From an uncultured Dehalococcoidia bacterium (GTDB lineage Bacteria > Chloroflexota > Dehalococcoidia > Lucifugimonadales > UBA3495), in assembly GCA_958296445.1 (NCBI GenBank), contig OY282565.1:2589570-2653569 (forward strand): a stretch of 64,000 nucleotides of DNA, written 5' to 3'. The translations under genes were made by a program, and so were the position numbers. Positions 35,257 to 44,390 of this stretch are shown here, piece by piece (position 1 is the stretch's first letter; every line of letters begins with the position of its first letter). Below the pieces are notes generated by a model. It was not told where the DNA came from. It was given only the letters and a program-made list of their open reading frames with translations, and ran no database searches.

Positions 35257-35684
35257 CACCCCCCCGCCCTTACAAAAATCCCCTTCCCCAGCACCCCCCA
35301 CAAACCCACCGGGGCGGGCCTAACCCCCGCCCCGGCCCGTCCAAAATCCCCTCCCCCTCCGGGGGAGGGTTAGGGTGGGGGCGTACTCTCCAAAGCAAAG
35401 TCAATTATAGCCACCAAATCCCCCGAAATTGCCCCGGCTTGTCAAACCTACCCCCACAACACCCCCACTCCAACCTGACGCAACGCTCTCACTCCAGCCT
35501 GACGTAACGCCCTCACTCCAACCCGACGCAACGTCCCCACCCAGCCCCCCGCCGTCTGTCATTCTGAGCGCCGTCTGTCATTCTGAGCAAAGCGAAGAAT
35601 CCCACCTTGGGCAGTGAGACCTTTCCCTTAGCTCAGGGTGTCAAAAAGGCACGGCAGCAAAGCGAAGAACCCCCCAAATCCCCC

Positions 35685-36725
35685 CTACTCCATTTGCCGC
35701 AGCCGCGGATCCAGCTTATCCCGCAGCCAGTCCCCAAACAGATTCAGCGACATCACCGTCAACAGCACCGCCAGCCCCGGAATAGTCGCAATCCACCAGG
35801 CGTCCGCCAGCCGGTCGCGCCCGTCCGCCACCATCGAACCCCAGGCCGGGTCCGGCGGCGGAACCCCGGCCCCCAAGAAACTCAGCGACGCCTCAACCAG
35901 AATCACGATGCCAACCTGAAGCGTAGCCACCACAATAAGCGTGTTGATAGTCCCCGGAAACAGATGCACAAACATTATCCGCAACGGCGAAGCCCCCGCC
36001 ACCCGCGCCAGCGACACATAATCCGTCGTCTTCAGCGTCAGCACCTCCCCCCGCACCATCCGGGCGAAACGCGGCCAGATCCAGATCGCCAGCACCGCCA
36101 CGATGATGGTCAGCGACTGCCCCAGCGACACCACCAGCACCAGCGCCACCAGAATCAGCGGCAGCGACAGCTCAATGTCCACCAGCCGCATTATAATCTC
36201 GTCCACCAGCCGCCCGTACCACCCGGCGATAAGCCCCAAGGCTATCCCGATGACGCCGCCCACCCCCAAAGTCACCGCCGCCATAATCAGCGAAATCCGC
36301 GCCCCGTAGATAGTGCGGCTCAACAAATCCCGCCCCAGATGATCCGTTCCCAGAACATAGGTAGGAAAACCCGCCCGCCGGGTCAACACCTCCACCTCTT
36401 GCCCCAGCTCCGCGCCAGGATACAGCTCCCTAGCCTCCTCCAGCGAAACCTGCCGGAACCCCTCGCCGAACTCCACCTCCTCCACTACCAACTTGGGCGA
36501 AGTCCGGTCGCCGGTCCAGAACCCGGGCAGATTCCGGTCCGCCAGATTCCCCCTAGTCGGGTCATGGGGCGAAATCCACGGCGCGGTAATCCCTGCAAAA
36601 ACCACAATGCCCAAGAAAAATATAGGCAAAATGGGAGCGCGGCGCATCCCTCGCAGCACCCGCAACACCCGCCGCCCCATCGGCTGCGGCGGTGCTTCTA
36701 AAACCCCGGTCGCTTCTCGCGCCAC
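35685..36725 (-). CDS. ABC transporter permease (DppC/OppC-like, with N-terminal extension)
   Basis: 346 aa, GTG start 7 nt after GGGAGGA. ...LGTDHLGRDLLSRTIYGARISL..., ...TDYVSLARVAGASPLRIMFVHLFPG... Confidence 0.9.
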   Translation of the reverse strand: MAREATGVLEAPPQPMGRRVLRVLRGMRRAPILPIFFLGIVVFAGITAPWISPHDPTRGNLADRNLPGFWTGDRTSPKLVVEEVEFGEGFRQVSLEEARELYPGAELGQEVEVLTRRAGFPTYVLGTDHLGRDLLSRTIYGARISLIMAAVTLGVGGVIGIALGLIAGWYGRLVDEIIMRLVDIELSLPLILVALVLVVSLGQSLTIIVAVLAIWIWPRFARMVRGEVLTLKTTDYVSLARVAGASPLRIMFVHLFPGTINTLIVVATLQVGIVILVEASLSFLGAGVPPPDPAWGSMVADGRDRLADAWWIATIPGLAVLLTVMSLNLFGDWLRDKLDPRLRQME

Positions 36726-36757
36726 TCTGCCATCCTCCCGGCGCCGCTCCCGCCCCG

Positions 36758-37675
36758 CTAGGCGTAGCGCACCCGCGGGTCAATATAGGCGTAGAGAATA
36801 TCCACCAAAAACGCCGAAGCCACATACATCAGCGTGAAAACAATCACCACACCCTGCAACACCGGATAATCGAAAGACCACAGCGCTTGAACCGCCAACT
36901 GCCCCAGCCCCGGCCAAGCAAACACCAGTTCCGTAGTCAGCGACCCCGTAATCAGGCTGCCCAGATTCACCCCGGCAAAAGTCAACGGCGGAATCAAAGC
37001 ATTCCGAAAGGCGTGTTTCCAGATAATAACCCGGTTAGGCACCCCTTTGGCCCGCGCCAGCTTAACGTACTCCGAATCCAGCACATCCAGCATCGCCGAC
37101 CGCATCAGCCGCAGGTTCGCGGCGATAAACACCCACCCCAGCGTCACCATCGGCAGGATAATGCTGTTCCATTCCTGCCGTCCCGATGGCGGCACCCACC
37201 CCAGCTTGACCGCAAACCAGAATATGAACATTATCCCCAGCCAGAACGACGGCGCCGACTGCCCGATAAGCGCCACCACCTTCCCCGTCATATCCAGCAT
37301 CCCGCCCCGCCGTACCGAGGAAAGCACCCCCAGCGGAATCCCGATAACCACCGAAAAAACAAACGCCGCCAACCCCAACTGGAGCGTAGCCCATACCCGC
37401 TCACTAATAACGTTTATCACCGGCCGCCGTTCCTTGATCGACTGCCCAAAGTCGCCCCGGAACACATCGGCAATAAAAATGGCGTACTGCTGATAATAAG
37501 GCCGGTCTATCCCCAGCGCCTTCCCCAAATCATCCCACTGCTCCTCAGTGGCGTAGTCATCCAGCAACATAGAGCGCGGGTCGCCCCCGGCCCGCGCCAT
37601 AATGAAAATAATCACCGAAACGGCGAAAAGCGTAATAATTACGATAATGAAACGGCGAACCAAAAACCGCTGCAT
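36758..37675 (-). CDS. ABC transporter permease (DppB/OppB-like)
   Basis: 305 aa. MQRFLVRRFIIVIITLFAVSVIIFIMARAGGDP..., ...LDSEYVKLARAKGVPNRVIIWKHAFRNAL... Confidence 0.9.
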   Translation of the reverse strand: MQRFLVRRFIIVIITLFAVSVIIFIMARAGGDPRSMLLDDYATEEQWDDLGKALGIDRPYYQQYAIFIADVFRGDFGQSIKERRPVINVISERVWATLQLGLAAFVFSVVIGIPLGVLSSVRRGGMLDMTGKVVALIGQSAPSFWLGIMFIFWFAVKLGWVPPSGRQEWNSIILPMVTLGWVFIAANLRLMRSAMLDVLDSEYVKLARAKGVPNRVIIWKHAFRNALIPPLTFAGVNLGSLITGSLTTELVFAWPGLGQLAVQALWSFDYPVLQGVVIVFTLMYVASAFLVDILYAYIDPRVRYA

Positions 37676-37689
37676 AAGCTACCCCCCCC

Positions 37690-37880
37690 GGCCCGTGCCG
37701 CAAAGGTCAACCCCAACCGCCCAACCGCCCGATCCACCCCGTCGCCCCCAGCCCACCCCATAAGGGCCTACCCCGGCCGCCCAAGCACCCACGCCACCTC
37801 GTCGCCCCCGCCCCGAGCCGCAAGGGCCAATCCCAGCCGCCCAAGCCCCATCCCGTCGCTCCCGGCCCACGCCGCAAGGG
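37690..37880. repeat. degenerate 53-61-bp tandem repeat, about 3.3 copies
   Basis: CCGCAARGGYCWA recurs at about 37699, 37757, 37818 and 37871. The array fills the gap between two co-oriented minus-strand genes. Confidence 0.7.
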
Positions 37881-37881
37881 C

Positions 37882-38373
37882 CTATCCCGCTATAGCCCGC
37901 CGTCGGCTGGCCCGAATCATACGCACGGCAACGCCCCCGGCCTCCACCAGATACATCACGGCGTTGGCCGCCAATGCCGCCCCGAAAGCGGTATATGTAA
38001 AAGGCGCCGTCCGCGGCTCCGCGCAACATTCAATCTCCCGGTTCGCCCCATACTGGTATCCGGCCAACCCGCCGAGGACGCCCCCCGCCACCGCCAGCAA
38101 CACGGCAAAGGCAATCGCCGCCCACGGCGGCCGATCCACCTTAAGCCAGGCCAAGTACGCCCCAACCCCCGCCCCAATCCCCGCCCCGGCCATAGACATT
38201 ATCAGCAGCGTACTCTTGGCACTAGCCCCCGAAAAAATAAACAACCCCCAAGACACGCCCAAAGCAATCATACTAAGCACCAGCCCCAAGGCCAGCCCCA
38301 GCAACACCCGAGCCGCAATTATCACAACCCGGCGAAAAATATCCGATTGTCCAACCTTTCTTCTCTCAATCAC
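37882..38373 (-). CDS. hypothetical integral membrane protein (4 predicted TM segments)
   Basis: Track ORF 37882..38451, whose first 26 codons are family A repeat (FFALLRMT). A GTG at 38373 gives VIERRKVGQSDIFRRVVIIAARVLLGLALGLVL... The start is uncertain. It is embedded in the ABC operon. Confidence 0.5.
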   Translation of the reverse strand: MIERRKVGQSDIFRRVVIIAARVLLGLALGLVLSMIALGVSWGLFIFSGASAKSTLLIMSMAGAGIGAGVGAYLAWLKVDRPPWAAIAFAVLLAVAGGVLGGLAGYQYGANREIECCAEPRTAPFTYTAFGAALAANAVMYLVEAGGVAVRMIRASRRRAIAG

Positions 38374-38669
38374 CCCCAGATTGTACCAGAGAAACCCCGC
38401 CCGTCCCCCTGTCATTCTGAGCAAAGCGAAGAATCCCGCCTTGGACGACAAAACCCTTGCCTTAGCTCAGAACCCCAAAAAGGAATCCCGCAACCGACTC
38501 GCCTAGCAATGCGTAACGCATTCCGCCCTCTCTGTCATTCTGAGCCGCCCCCCTGTCATTCTGAGCCACCCCCACTGTCATTCTGAGCAAAGCGAAGAAT
38601 CCCACCATGGGCGGCAACCCCCTTGCCCTTAGCTCAGAACCCCAAAAAGGAATCCCGAAACCAACTCGC

Positions 38670-40526
38670 CTAACGATGCTTAGCATACTCCGTCCCGGTC
38701 AAATACCGCCGGTCGCCATGCTCCAAATACTGCCCCCAGTCCTGCACCTTCGCGCTCAACGGCCACAGTATATCCACGCTGTACAGCGCCTCGTCCACCA
38801 CGTTGTCCCAAATAAACCGGGCCGCCTCCACCGCCACCTTGTAGCGTTCCTCATCATCCACGATACGGCTGGCCCGTTCCAGCAGCTCGTCCAGTTGCGG
38901 ATGCTCGAAACCGATAATCCCGCTGGCGTTGCTGGAAAAAGCGTTGCCCAGCAGGTTCATCGGGTCGGAAACCCCGGCAGTCCCGTGGCAATTGGCCCCG
39001 GTGTATTCGCGGACGCGGTAAACCGGCGCGATAGTGGCGTAGGGAACCCGGTTCACCCGAGTGCGGATGCCCACGCTTTCCCACATCACCGCCACCGCCT
39101 CGCAAGCCTCCACCTCCGACGGTATCCCCCGGATGTCCGGCGTAAGCGTAATCTCAAACCCGTCGGGATAACCCGCCTCCGCCAGCAGTTGCATCGCCTT
39201 TTCCGGGTTATACTCCCGCTCCTGCATATCCTCCGGCAGCCGGTGCATATTCGCTTCCCACCCCCACGCCGCCAGAGTGTTCCCCACCCCCCGCAGCAGC
39301 GTTTCCACAATCAGCTCTTTGTCTATCGCCATCGCCATCGCCAGCCGCACCTTCCGCGCCCGTTCCCACTCCTCCGAATTGACATCGTGACTGGCCGAAA
39401 CCCAAGGCAATTCCGGGTCCCACGCTGGCCGCTCCAGCTCCGGTATATGGAAATTGCCCAAGCCCAAAGACACCTGTAGCGTGCCGCCAAAGGCCACCCG
39501 CATATATTCAATGTCCTCCACTTGGTCAATAACCGGCTTGGAGTCCAGCGCCATCTGCATCGTGTCCAGCTTGCCCGTCTGGAAGTTGGCGACCCGCGTA
39601 GACTCCTCGGGAATGTTGTAGAAATACAGCTCGGCGAAATCCGGCGTCTTGCGCCAGTGTCCCTCAACCGCCTTCATCCGCCAGTAAGACCCGCTCAGAT
39701 GCTCCACGATTTCCCACGGCCCCGTCGCCGCCCCGTCTTGCGCCGCCGCCTCGTCCCCCAGCTCCACGGCCTGCCGCTTGCTGGTAATCGCCCCGATGTT
39801 GGGCCGCGCCAACCGCAGCAACATATCGAACTGCGGCAGACTGGTCGAAGCCTGCACCGTATAATCATCCAGCGCTTGGATCGGGCTGCCCTCGGCATCC
39901 AGCAACAGCCGCCGCACGTGACGCGCATGACCGTTCAGCGATTCCGGCGAACCGAACTCCTCGAAATACCAGATAACATCCTCCGACGTCACCTCGCCGT
40001 ATCCCTTATGAAAAGGAACGCCCTTACGGATATTGAACGTCCACGTCAGCCCGTCTTCCGCCACCGTCCAATCGCTGAACAACTCCGCTTGGAAAACGTC
40101 GTTCACGTCCTGCGAAACCGGCGTCTCCCCAATCCCCATCCCCACAAACTGCGCCTGTATGGTGCTGGACAAGCTGGGATGGGCCGCAAAAGGATTAACT
40201 TCCTTGAACCCGGTATTAAGAGTTCCCCGCGGCCCTTCCGTCCCCGCCGCCGTCGGCACGGGCGTAGGGGCCGGCTTCGCCGTCGGCGCCGGCGTAGGAG
40301 CTGCCGACCTTGCCGTAGGAGCCGCCGCCGTCCGCCCCGGCGCCGCAGTAGCCGTCGGCGCCGCCGTCGGCGCAACAGCCGCGGCCGCCGTCGGCGCCGC
40401 CTGCTCCGTAGGCGCCGGAACCGGCGTCGCCGTGGCCGAAGCCCCGCACGCCGCCACCAGCGCCAGCCACACAACCACCCCCAAAAGCGTCAGTGCCCGC
40501 CAGTCAATCATCCGCCTGTAAACCAT
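38670..40526 (-). CDS. ABC transporter substrate-binding protein, family 5, lipoprotein
   Basis: 618 aa. ...VVWLALVAACGAS lipobox and a long A/P/T linker. DppA/OppA-like body (...YNPEKAMQLLAEAGYPDGFEITL...). GAGGAAGGG RBS. Confidence 0.9.
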   Translation of the reverse strand: MVYRRMIDWRALTLLGVVVWLALVAACGASATATPVPAPTEQAAPTAAAAVAPTAAPTATAAPGRTAAAPTARSAAPTPAPTAKPAPTPVPTAAGTEGPRGTLNTGFKEVNPFAAHPSLSSTIQAQFVGMGIGETPVSQDVNDVFQAELFSDWTVAEDGLTWTFNIRKGVPFHKGYGEVTSEDVIWYFEEFGSPESLNGHARHVRRLLLDAEGSPIQALDDYTVQASTSLPQFDMLLRLARPNIGAITSKRQAVELGDEAAAQDGAATGPWEIVEHLSGSYWRMKAVEGHWRKTPDFAELYFYNIPEESTRVANFQTGKLDTMQMALDSKPVIDQVEDIEYMRVAFGGTLQVSLGLGNFHIPELERPAWDPELPWVSASHDVNSEEWERARKVRLAMAMAIDKELIVETLLRGVGNTLAAWGWEANMHRLPEDMQEREYNPEKAMQLLAEAGYPDGFEITLTPDIRGIPSEVEACEAVAVMWESVGIRTRVNRVPYATIAPVYRVREYTGANCHGTAGVSDPMNLLGNAFSSNASGIIGFEHPQLDELLERASRIVDDEERYKVAVEAARFIWDNVVDEALYSVDILWPLSAKVQDWGQYLEHGDRRYLTGTEYAKHR

Positions 40527-40561
40527 ATCCCTTCCTCTCGCCCGCCATCGGGCCGGAGCGG

Positions 40562-42421
40562 TTAGCGGTGCGGCGTGTATTCCGTAGCGCTCAGAGCCCG
40601 CCGGTCGCCGTATTCCAGATACTCGAACCAGCTATCAATCTTCGGACTCAAAGGCCAGATGATGTTCACCGTATAAATCCCCGCCTCCAGCGTATGCTCG
40701 TAGGTAAACCGGGCCAAATCAATCATCACCTCGTAACGCTCTTCCTCGTCAACGATGCTCAGGGCCTTCTCAATGGCCGCGTCAACATAGGGATGATCCA
40801 TCCCCGCCGTCCACCCCCCGACGCTACGAAAAACCGTAGCCACCAAATCCAGCGGATCCGAGCGTCCCGCAGTGCCGTGGGTGTTTATCTGGTTGTAGGT
40901 GCGGCTTGCCAGCGACGGGCGGATGGTAGCGTAGGGAACCTTGTTCAGGTTGGCCCGCACCCCTATCTCCTCCCACATAGTCCCGATGGCTTCCGTCGCT
41001 TCCACCTCCGCCGGAACCCCCCGTATGTCCGGGGTAAGCGTCACCTCGAACCCGTCCGGGTAGCCCGCTTCGGCCAGCATTTGGCGGGCCTTATCCGGGT
41101 TGTACTCCCATTCCTGGATGTCTTCCGGCAGCCGGTGACTCTGGCTGTCCCAGGCCCACAGCACCAGCGGTTCCCCCTCCCCGTGCAGCAGCGTATCAAC
41201 GATAGTCTGCCGGTCTATGGCGATGGACAACGCCCGCCGCACTTTCGCCGCAGTTTTCCAAGCCTCCGATTGCGGGTCCGGATCCGACGACACCCACGGC
41301 AACGACCCGTCATACCCCGGCCGTTTCTCCGCGTGTTCCGGCGTCCCGTGACCCACATACCAGTTGCCGTAAAACCCCAAATGAATCGTCCCGCCGCCCG
41401 GAATCCGCATAAACTTCACGTCGGGAACCTGCTGGATAATCGGCAGCGAATCCAGCGCCATATTAAAAGTGTCAACCTGCCCGGTCTGGAAGTTGGCAAC
41501 CCTAGTTGATTCCTCCGGTATCTCCCGCCAAATCATTTCGGCGAAATAGGGCGTCTTCCGGTAATGCCCCTCCACCGCCTCCATCCGCCAGAACTGCCCG
41601 CTCTGATGCTCCACTATCTCCCACGGCCCCGGCCCCGCCCCGTTGGGGCTGGCTTCGTCTATCCCCAGCTCCTCAACCTGCCGCTTGCTCATCGTGACAA
41701 CGCTAGGGCGGCTCAAAACATTGAGCATATCGTATTGCAGCGTTCCCGTATGAACATCCATCCGGTGACTGTTGACGATGGTAGTCCCCCCGCCGTTATC
41801 CTCATTCAGCCACAGCCGCCGCATATGATTGCGAAAAGCGTTGCTGGAGTCGTCCGATGCCAGCTCGCTCACCGACCACAGCACATCCTCGGCGGTCATC
41901 TCCCCGTAACCCTTATGCAGCTCCACCCCCTTGGCCAAGTCGAAAGTCCAAATCAGGCCGTCGGGCGAAACGCTCCATTTCTCAATCAGCTTGGGCCGGA
42001 ATTCGTTGTTGGTATCCATCCCCACCAGCGGCTCGCTAACCGTCACCCCCAGAAACAGCCCCAGCCCGCCCGATGCCCGCACCGGAGCCGACTGGAACGG
42101 ATACACCTCAGTAAGCGCCGCCACCAGCGTCCCCGAAGGTTCCGCCATCGCCGGCGCGGCCTCCGTAGCCGTCGGTTCCGCCCGCGGCGTCGCCGTAGCT
42201 GTAGCCGCCGGTTGCGCCGTCCGCCCCGCCGCCGCAGCAGTAGGCGCCGGCGCCCTGGTAGCCGTAGCCGCAGGCGCCACCGTAGGCGCCGCAGGCGCTA
42301 CCGTAGCCGCAGGCACGGGAGTAGCCGTAGCCGCCCCCCCGCACCCCACCACCAGCCCCAGGCCCACAACCACCACCAAAAGCGCCACTACCCTGCGCCC
42401 AATCATCCACCGCTGAACCAT
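40562..42421 (-). CDS. ABC transporter substrate-binding protein, family 5, lipoprotein (paralog of 38670..40526)
   Basis: Track ORF ends at 42460. ATG 42421 follows GGAGGAG. MVQRWMIGRRVVALLVVVVGLGLVVGCGG..., ...YNPDKARQMLAEAGYPDGFEVTL... Confidence 0.9.
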   Translation of the reverse strand: MVQRWMIGRRVVALLVVVVGLGLVVGCGGAATATPVPAATVAPAAPTVAPAATATRAPAPTAAAAGRTAQPAATATATPRAEPTATEAAPAMAEPSGTLVAALTEVYPFQSAPVRASGGLGLFLGVTVSEPLVGMDTNNEFRPKLIEKWSVSPDGLIWTFDLAKGVELHKGYGEMTAEDVLWSVSELASDDSSNAFRNHMRRLWLNEDNGGGTTIVNSHRMDVHTGTLQYDMLNVLSRPSVVTMSKRQVEELGIDEASPNGAGPGPWEIVEHQSGQFWRMEAVEGHYRKTPYFAEMIWREIPEESTRVANFQTGQVDTFNMALDSLPIIQQVPDVKFMRIPGGGTIHLGFYGNWYVGHGTPEHAEKRPGYDGSLPWVSSDPDPQSEAWKTAAKVRRALSIAIDRQTIVDTLLHGEGEPLVLWAWDSQSHRLPEDIQEWEYNPDKARQMLAEAGYPDGFEVTLTPDIRGVPAEVEATEAIGTMWEEIGVRANLNKVPYATIRPSLASRTYNQINTHGTAGRSDPLDLVATVFRSVGGWTAGMDHPYVDAAIEKALSIVDEEERYEVMIDLARFTYEHTLEAGIYTVNIIWPLSPKIDSWFEYLEYGDRRALSATEYTPHR

Positions 42422-42522
42422 ATCCGCTCCTCCAGATCCCTTCGTAAATAACAACCCCAACTGACGACGAAATCAATCGCCAGTTCCCAATCAAAAGCAC
42501 AATAACAAAGTATATGGCGGCC

Positions 42523-42552
42523 ATAATAATATCAAAAGACAACATAAGTCAA
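42523..42552 (-). promoter_or_regulatory. candidate promoter of the minus-strand SBP/permease operon
   Basis: On the minus strand: TTGACT (42552-42547), 18 nt, TATTAT (42528-42523), in an AT-rich patch. Confidence 0.45.
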
Positions 42553-42659
42553 TCGCCCCCCCTCAAGCAAAAATCCCCTGCCACCATCCCCACCCGCCAA
42601 CTCCGTCACTCCCGCCAACCCCATCATTCCCGCGAAGCCGGAAACCCAGTCCCCCGCCC

Positions 42660-42689
42660 TTGACAACCCACCCCCTACGGCAATACACT
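42660..42689 (+). promoter_or_regulatory. candidate promoter for tRNA-Asp / tmRNA
   Basis: TTGACA (42660-42665), 18 nt, TACACT (42684-42689), about 30 nt before the tRNA. Confidence 0.35.
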
Positions 42690-42721
42690 GGAACAGTCGG
42701 GCCAACACCCCGGCACACCGT

Positions 42722-42797
42722 GGCCCGGTGGTGTAGCGGTAAACATACTGGCCTGTCACGCCAGAGATCGTGGGTTCGAATCCCATCCGGGTCGCCA
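42722..42797 (+). tRNA. tRNA-Asp (anticodon GTC), CCA encoded
   Basis: Hand-folded cloverleaf. Acceptor GGCCCGG/CCGGGTC; D arm GTGT-AGCGGTAA-ACAT; anticodon arm CTGGC-CTGTCAC-GCCAG; variable AGATC; T arm GTGGG-TTCGAAT-CCCAT; discriminator G; CCA. Confidence 0.92.
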
Positions 42798-42825
42798 GCC
42801 CTTTTCCGCGCCGGTTATCCAAAAT

Positions 42826-43178
42826 GGGGACGCGCGGGTTCGACAGGGGCGTTCTGTAACGGATTGCAAGCCGAGGCGCCATCACCCTCGTTAATCAGGT
42901 GGCAAAAAGTAACTGGCGAACGTGAATTCGCTCTAGCCGCCTAAAGCGGCTACGTCTGCTCCCAGCTATTCCCGGAGGAGGGGATGTCAGGCGCCATAAG
43001 TCCGGGATGCGGCCAATCCGACGCCGGTAAGGGCGGCCAAAGTTTCACCGGCTGGGTCTTTTCAGGTCGTGTCGGCGGTATCTGAAAAGGCCAAGAACAA
43101 ACCGCCGGACAAGCTTGTAGCACATCCGGTTTATAGGCTCTTCTGGACGGGGAGTTCGACTCTCCCCCGTCTCCACCA
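42826..43178 (+). ncRNA. ssrA: tmRNA (transfer-messenger RNA)
   Basis: 5' GGGGACGCGCGGGTTCGACAGGGGC... and 3' ...GGACGGGGAGTTCGACTCTCCCCCGTCTCCACCA form the tRNA-Ala-like domain with a G3-U pair. The internal tag frame is GGC GAA CGT GAA TTC GCT CTA GCC GCC TAA = GEREFALAA-stop. Confidence 0.9.
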
Positions 43179-43227
43179 ACCAACAAAAACCAAAGCGCCC
43201 ACCCCCCCACAACGGGAAAAGCGCAAC

Positions 43228-43257
43228 ACGCCGCCCAATCCGGCGGCGTTTCCTTTT
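43228..43257 (+). terminator. Rho-independent terminator after ssrA
   Basis: ACGCCGCC-CAATCC-GGCGGCGT followed by TTCCTTTT. Confidence 0.6.
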
Positions 43258-43282
43258 GCCCAAACCCGCCCGCCCCGCCCGG

Positions 43283-43311
43283 TTGACCGCGCCATCATAT
43301 ATTCCTAAAAT
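43283..43311 (+). promoter_or_regulatory. candidate promoter of the MBL-hydrolase gene
   Basis: TTGACC (43283-43288), 17 nt, TAAAAT (43306-43311). Confidence 0.5.
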
Positions 43312-43364
43312 TGCGCCAGCCGCCGCCGCCAACAACGCAAATGCGGCGCAAATGGAGCGTTACT

Positions 43365-44231
43365 ATGTCCGATTTCGTCCTGAAAGTGGGCGCCGCCGAA
43401 ATAATCGCCCTCTCCGATATGAACCTGCCCTTCCCTATGCCCCTAGCCCAGCTATTCCCCACCGCCCCGGCCGACGCCTGGACGCCCTACAAAGAGCTGT
43501 ACCCCGACGCCTTTGAGCAGGAACATATGCTCATCGAAATCGGCTGCTACCTAATCCGCTCCCAAGACCAAACCATCCTCATAGACACCGGCTACGGCCC
43601 CGGCCCCATCGAAGCCATCGGCGGACGCCAAGGCGAGCTTATGGACGACCTAGCCGCCAAAGGCATCGCCCCCCAAGAAATCAACACCGTCTTTCTATCC
43701 CACCTCCATTCCGACCACGTAGGCTGGAACGTAATAGAGCAAAACGGAAAACTCGAACCCGCCTTCCCCAACGCCCGCTACCTCGCCCACCAAGCCGACC
43801 TCGCCCACTTCCGAAAACCGGAAATCCAGGCCGCCGCCACCTTCCCCTTTATGGAGCGCTGCATCGAATCCGTCGCCGCTATGGGCCTCCTCGACCCCTT
43901 GACCGCCGACACCGACCTGACCGCCGAAGTAAAGGCCCTCCACACCCCCGGTCACACCCCCGGCCACATGAGCATCCTAGTAACCTCCCAAGGCCACGAA
44001 GCCCTCATCCAGGGCGACGTCCTGGTACACCCCGCCCAAGTCACCGAGGACGACTGGAACTGCCACTTCGACCACGACTGGCCCCTGTCCACCCAAACCC
44101 GCCGAAAAATGCTCGACGACGCCGAAACCCGCGCCACCCCGGTAGTATCCTGCCACTTCCCCGCCCCAGGCTTCGGAACCATCATCCGCCGCCAAGGCAA
44201 ACGCTACTGGCAAACAGGACTCAACCCCTAA
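43365..44231 (+). CDS. MBL-fold metallo-hydrolase
   Basis: Track ORF 43311..44231. ATG 43365 follows GGAG. ...TILIDTGYGPGP...VFLSHLHSDHVGWN (HxHxDH motif) ...HTPGHTPGH... Confidence 0.85.
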   Translation: MSDFVLKVGAAEIIALSDMNLPFPMPLAQLFPTAPADAWTPYKELYPDAFEQEHMLIEIGCYLIRSQDQTILIDTGYGPGPIEAIGGRQGELMDDLAAKGIAPQEINTVFLSHLHSDHVGWNVIEQNGKLEPAFPNARYLAHQADLAHFRKPEIQAAATFPFMERCIESVAAMGLLDPLTADTDLTAEVKALHTPGHTPGHMSILVTSQGHEALIQGDVLVHPAQVTEDDWNCHFDHDWPLSTQTRRKMLDDAETRATPVVSCHFPAPGFGTIIRRQGKRYWQTGLNP

Positions 44232-44390
44232 CCCCCAGCCAAGAAAATTTCTGTCATTCTAAGCAAACCCCTCTGTCATTCTGAGCAAAGCGAAGAATCT
44301 AGCCTTGCGCGGTAAGCCCCTTTCGCTTCGCCCAGACTGGCAAAACGAAATTTCGCAATTTTCTCCCCCAGCCACACCCGGAGGCAGAAA

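Noticed and set aside
42532-43335. ORFs 42532..42885(-), 42660..42944(+), 42950..43210(-), 43045..43335(-), 43069..43308(+)
   Set aside because: They overlap the tRNA-Asp and tmRNA genes and have no coding features.
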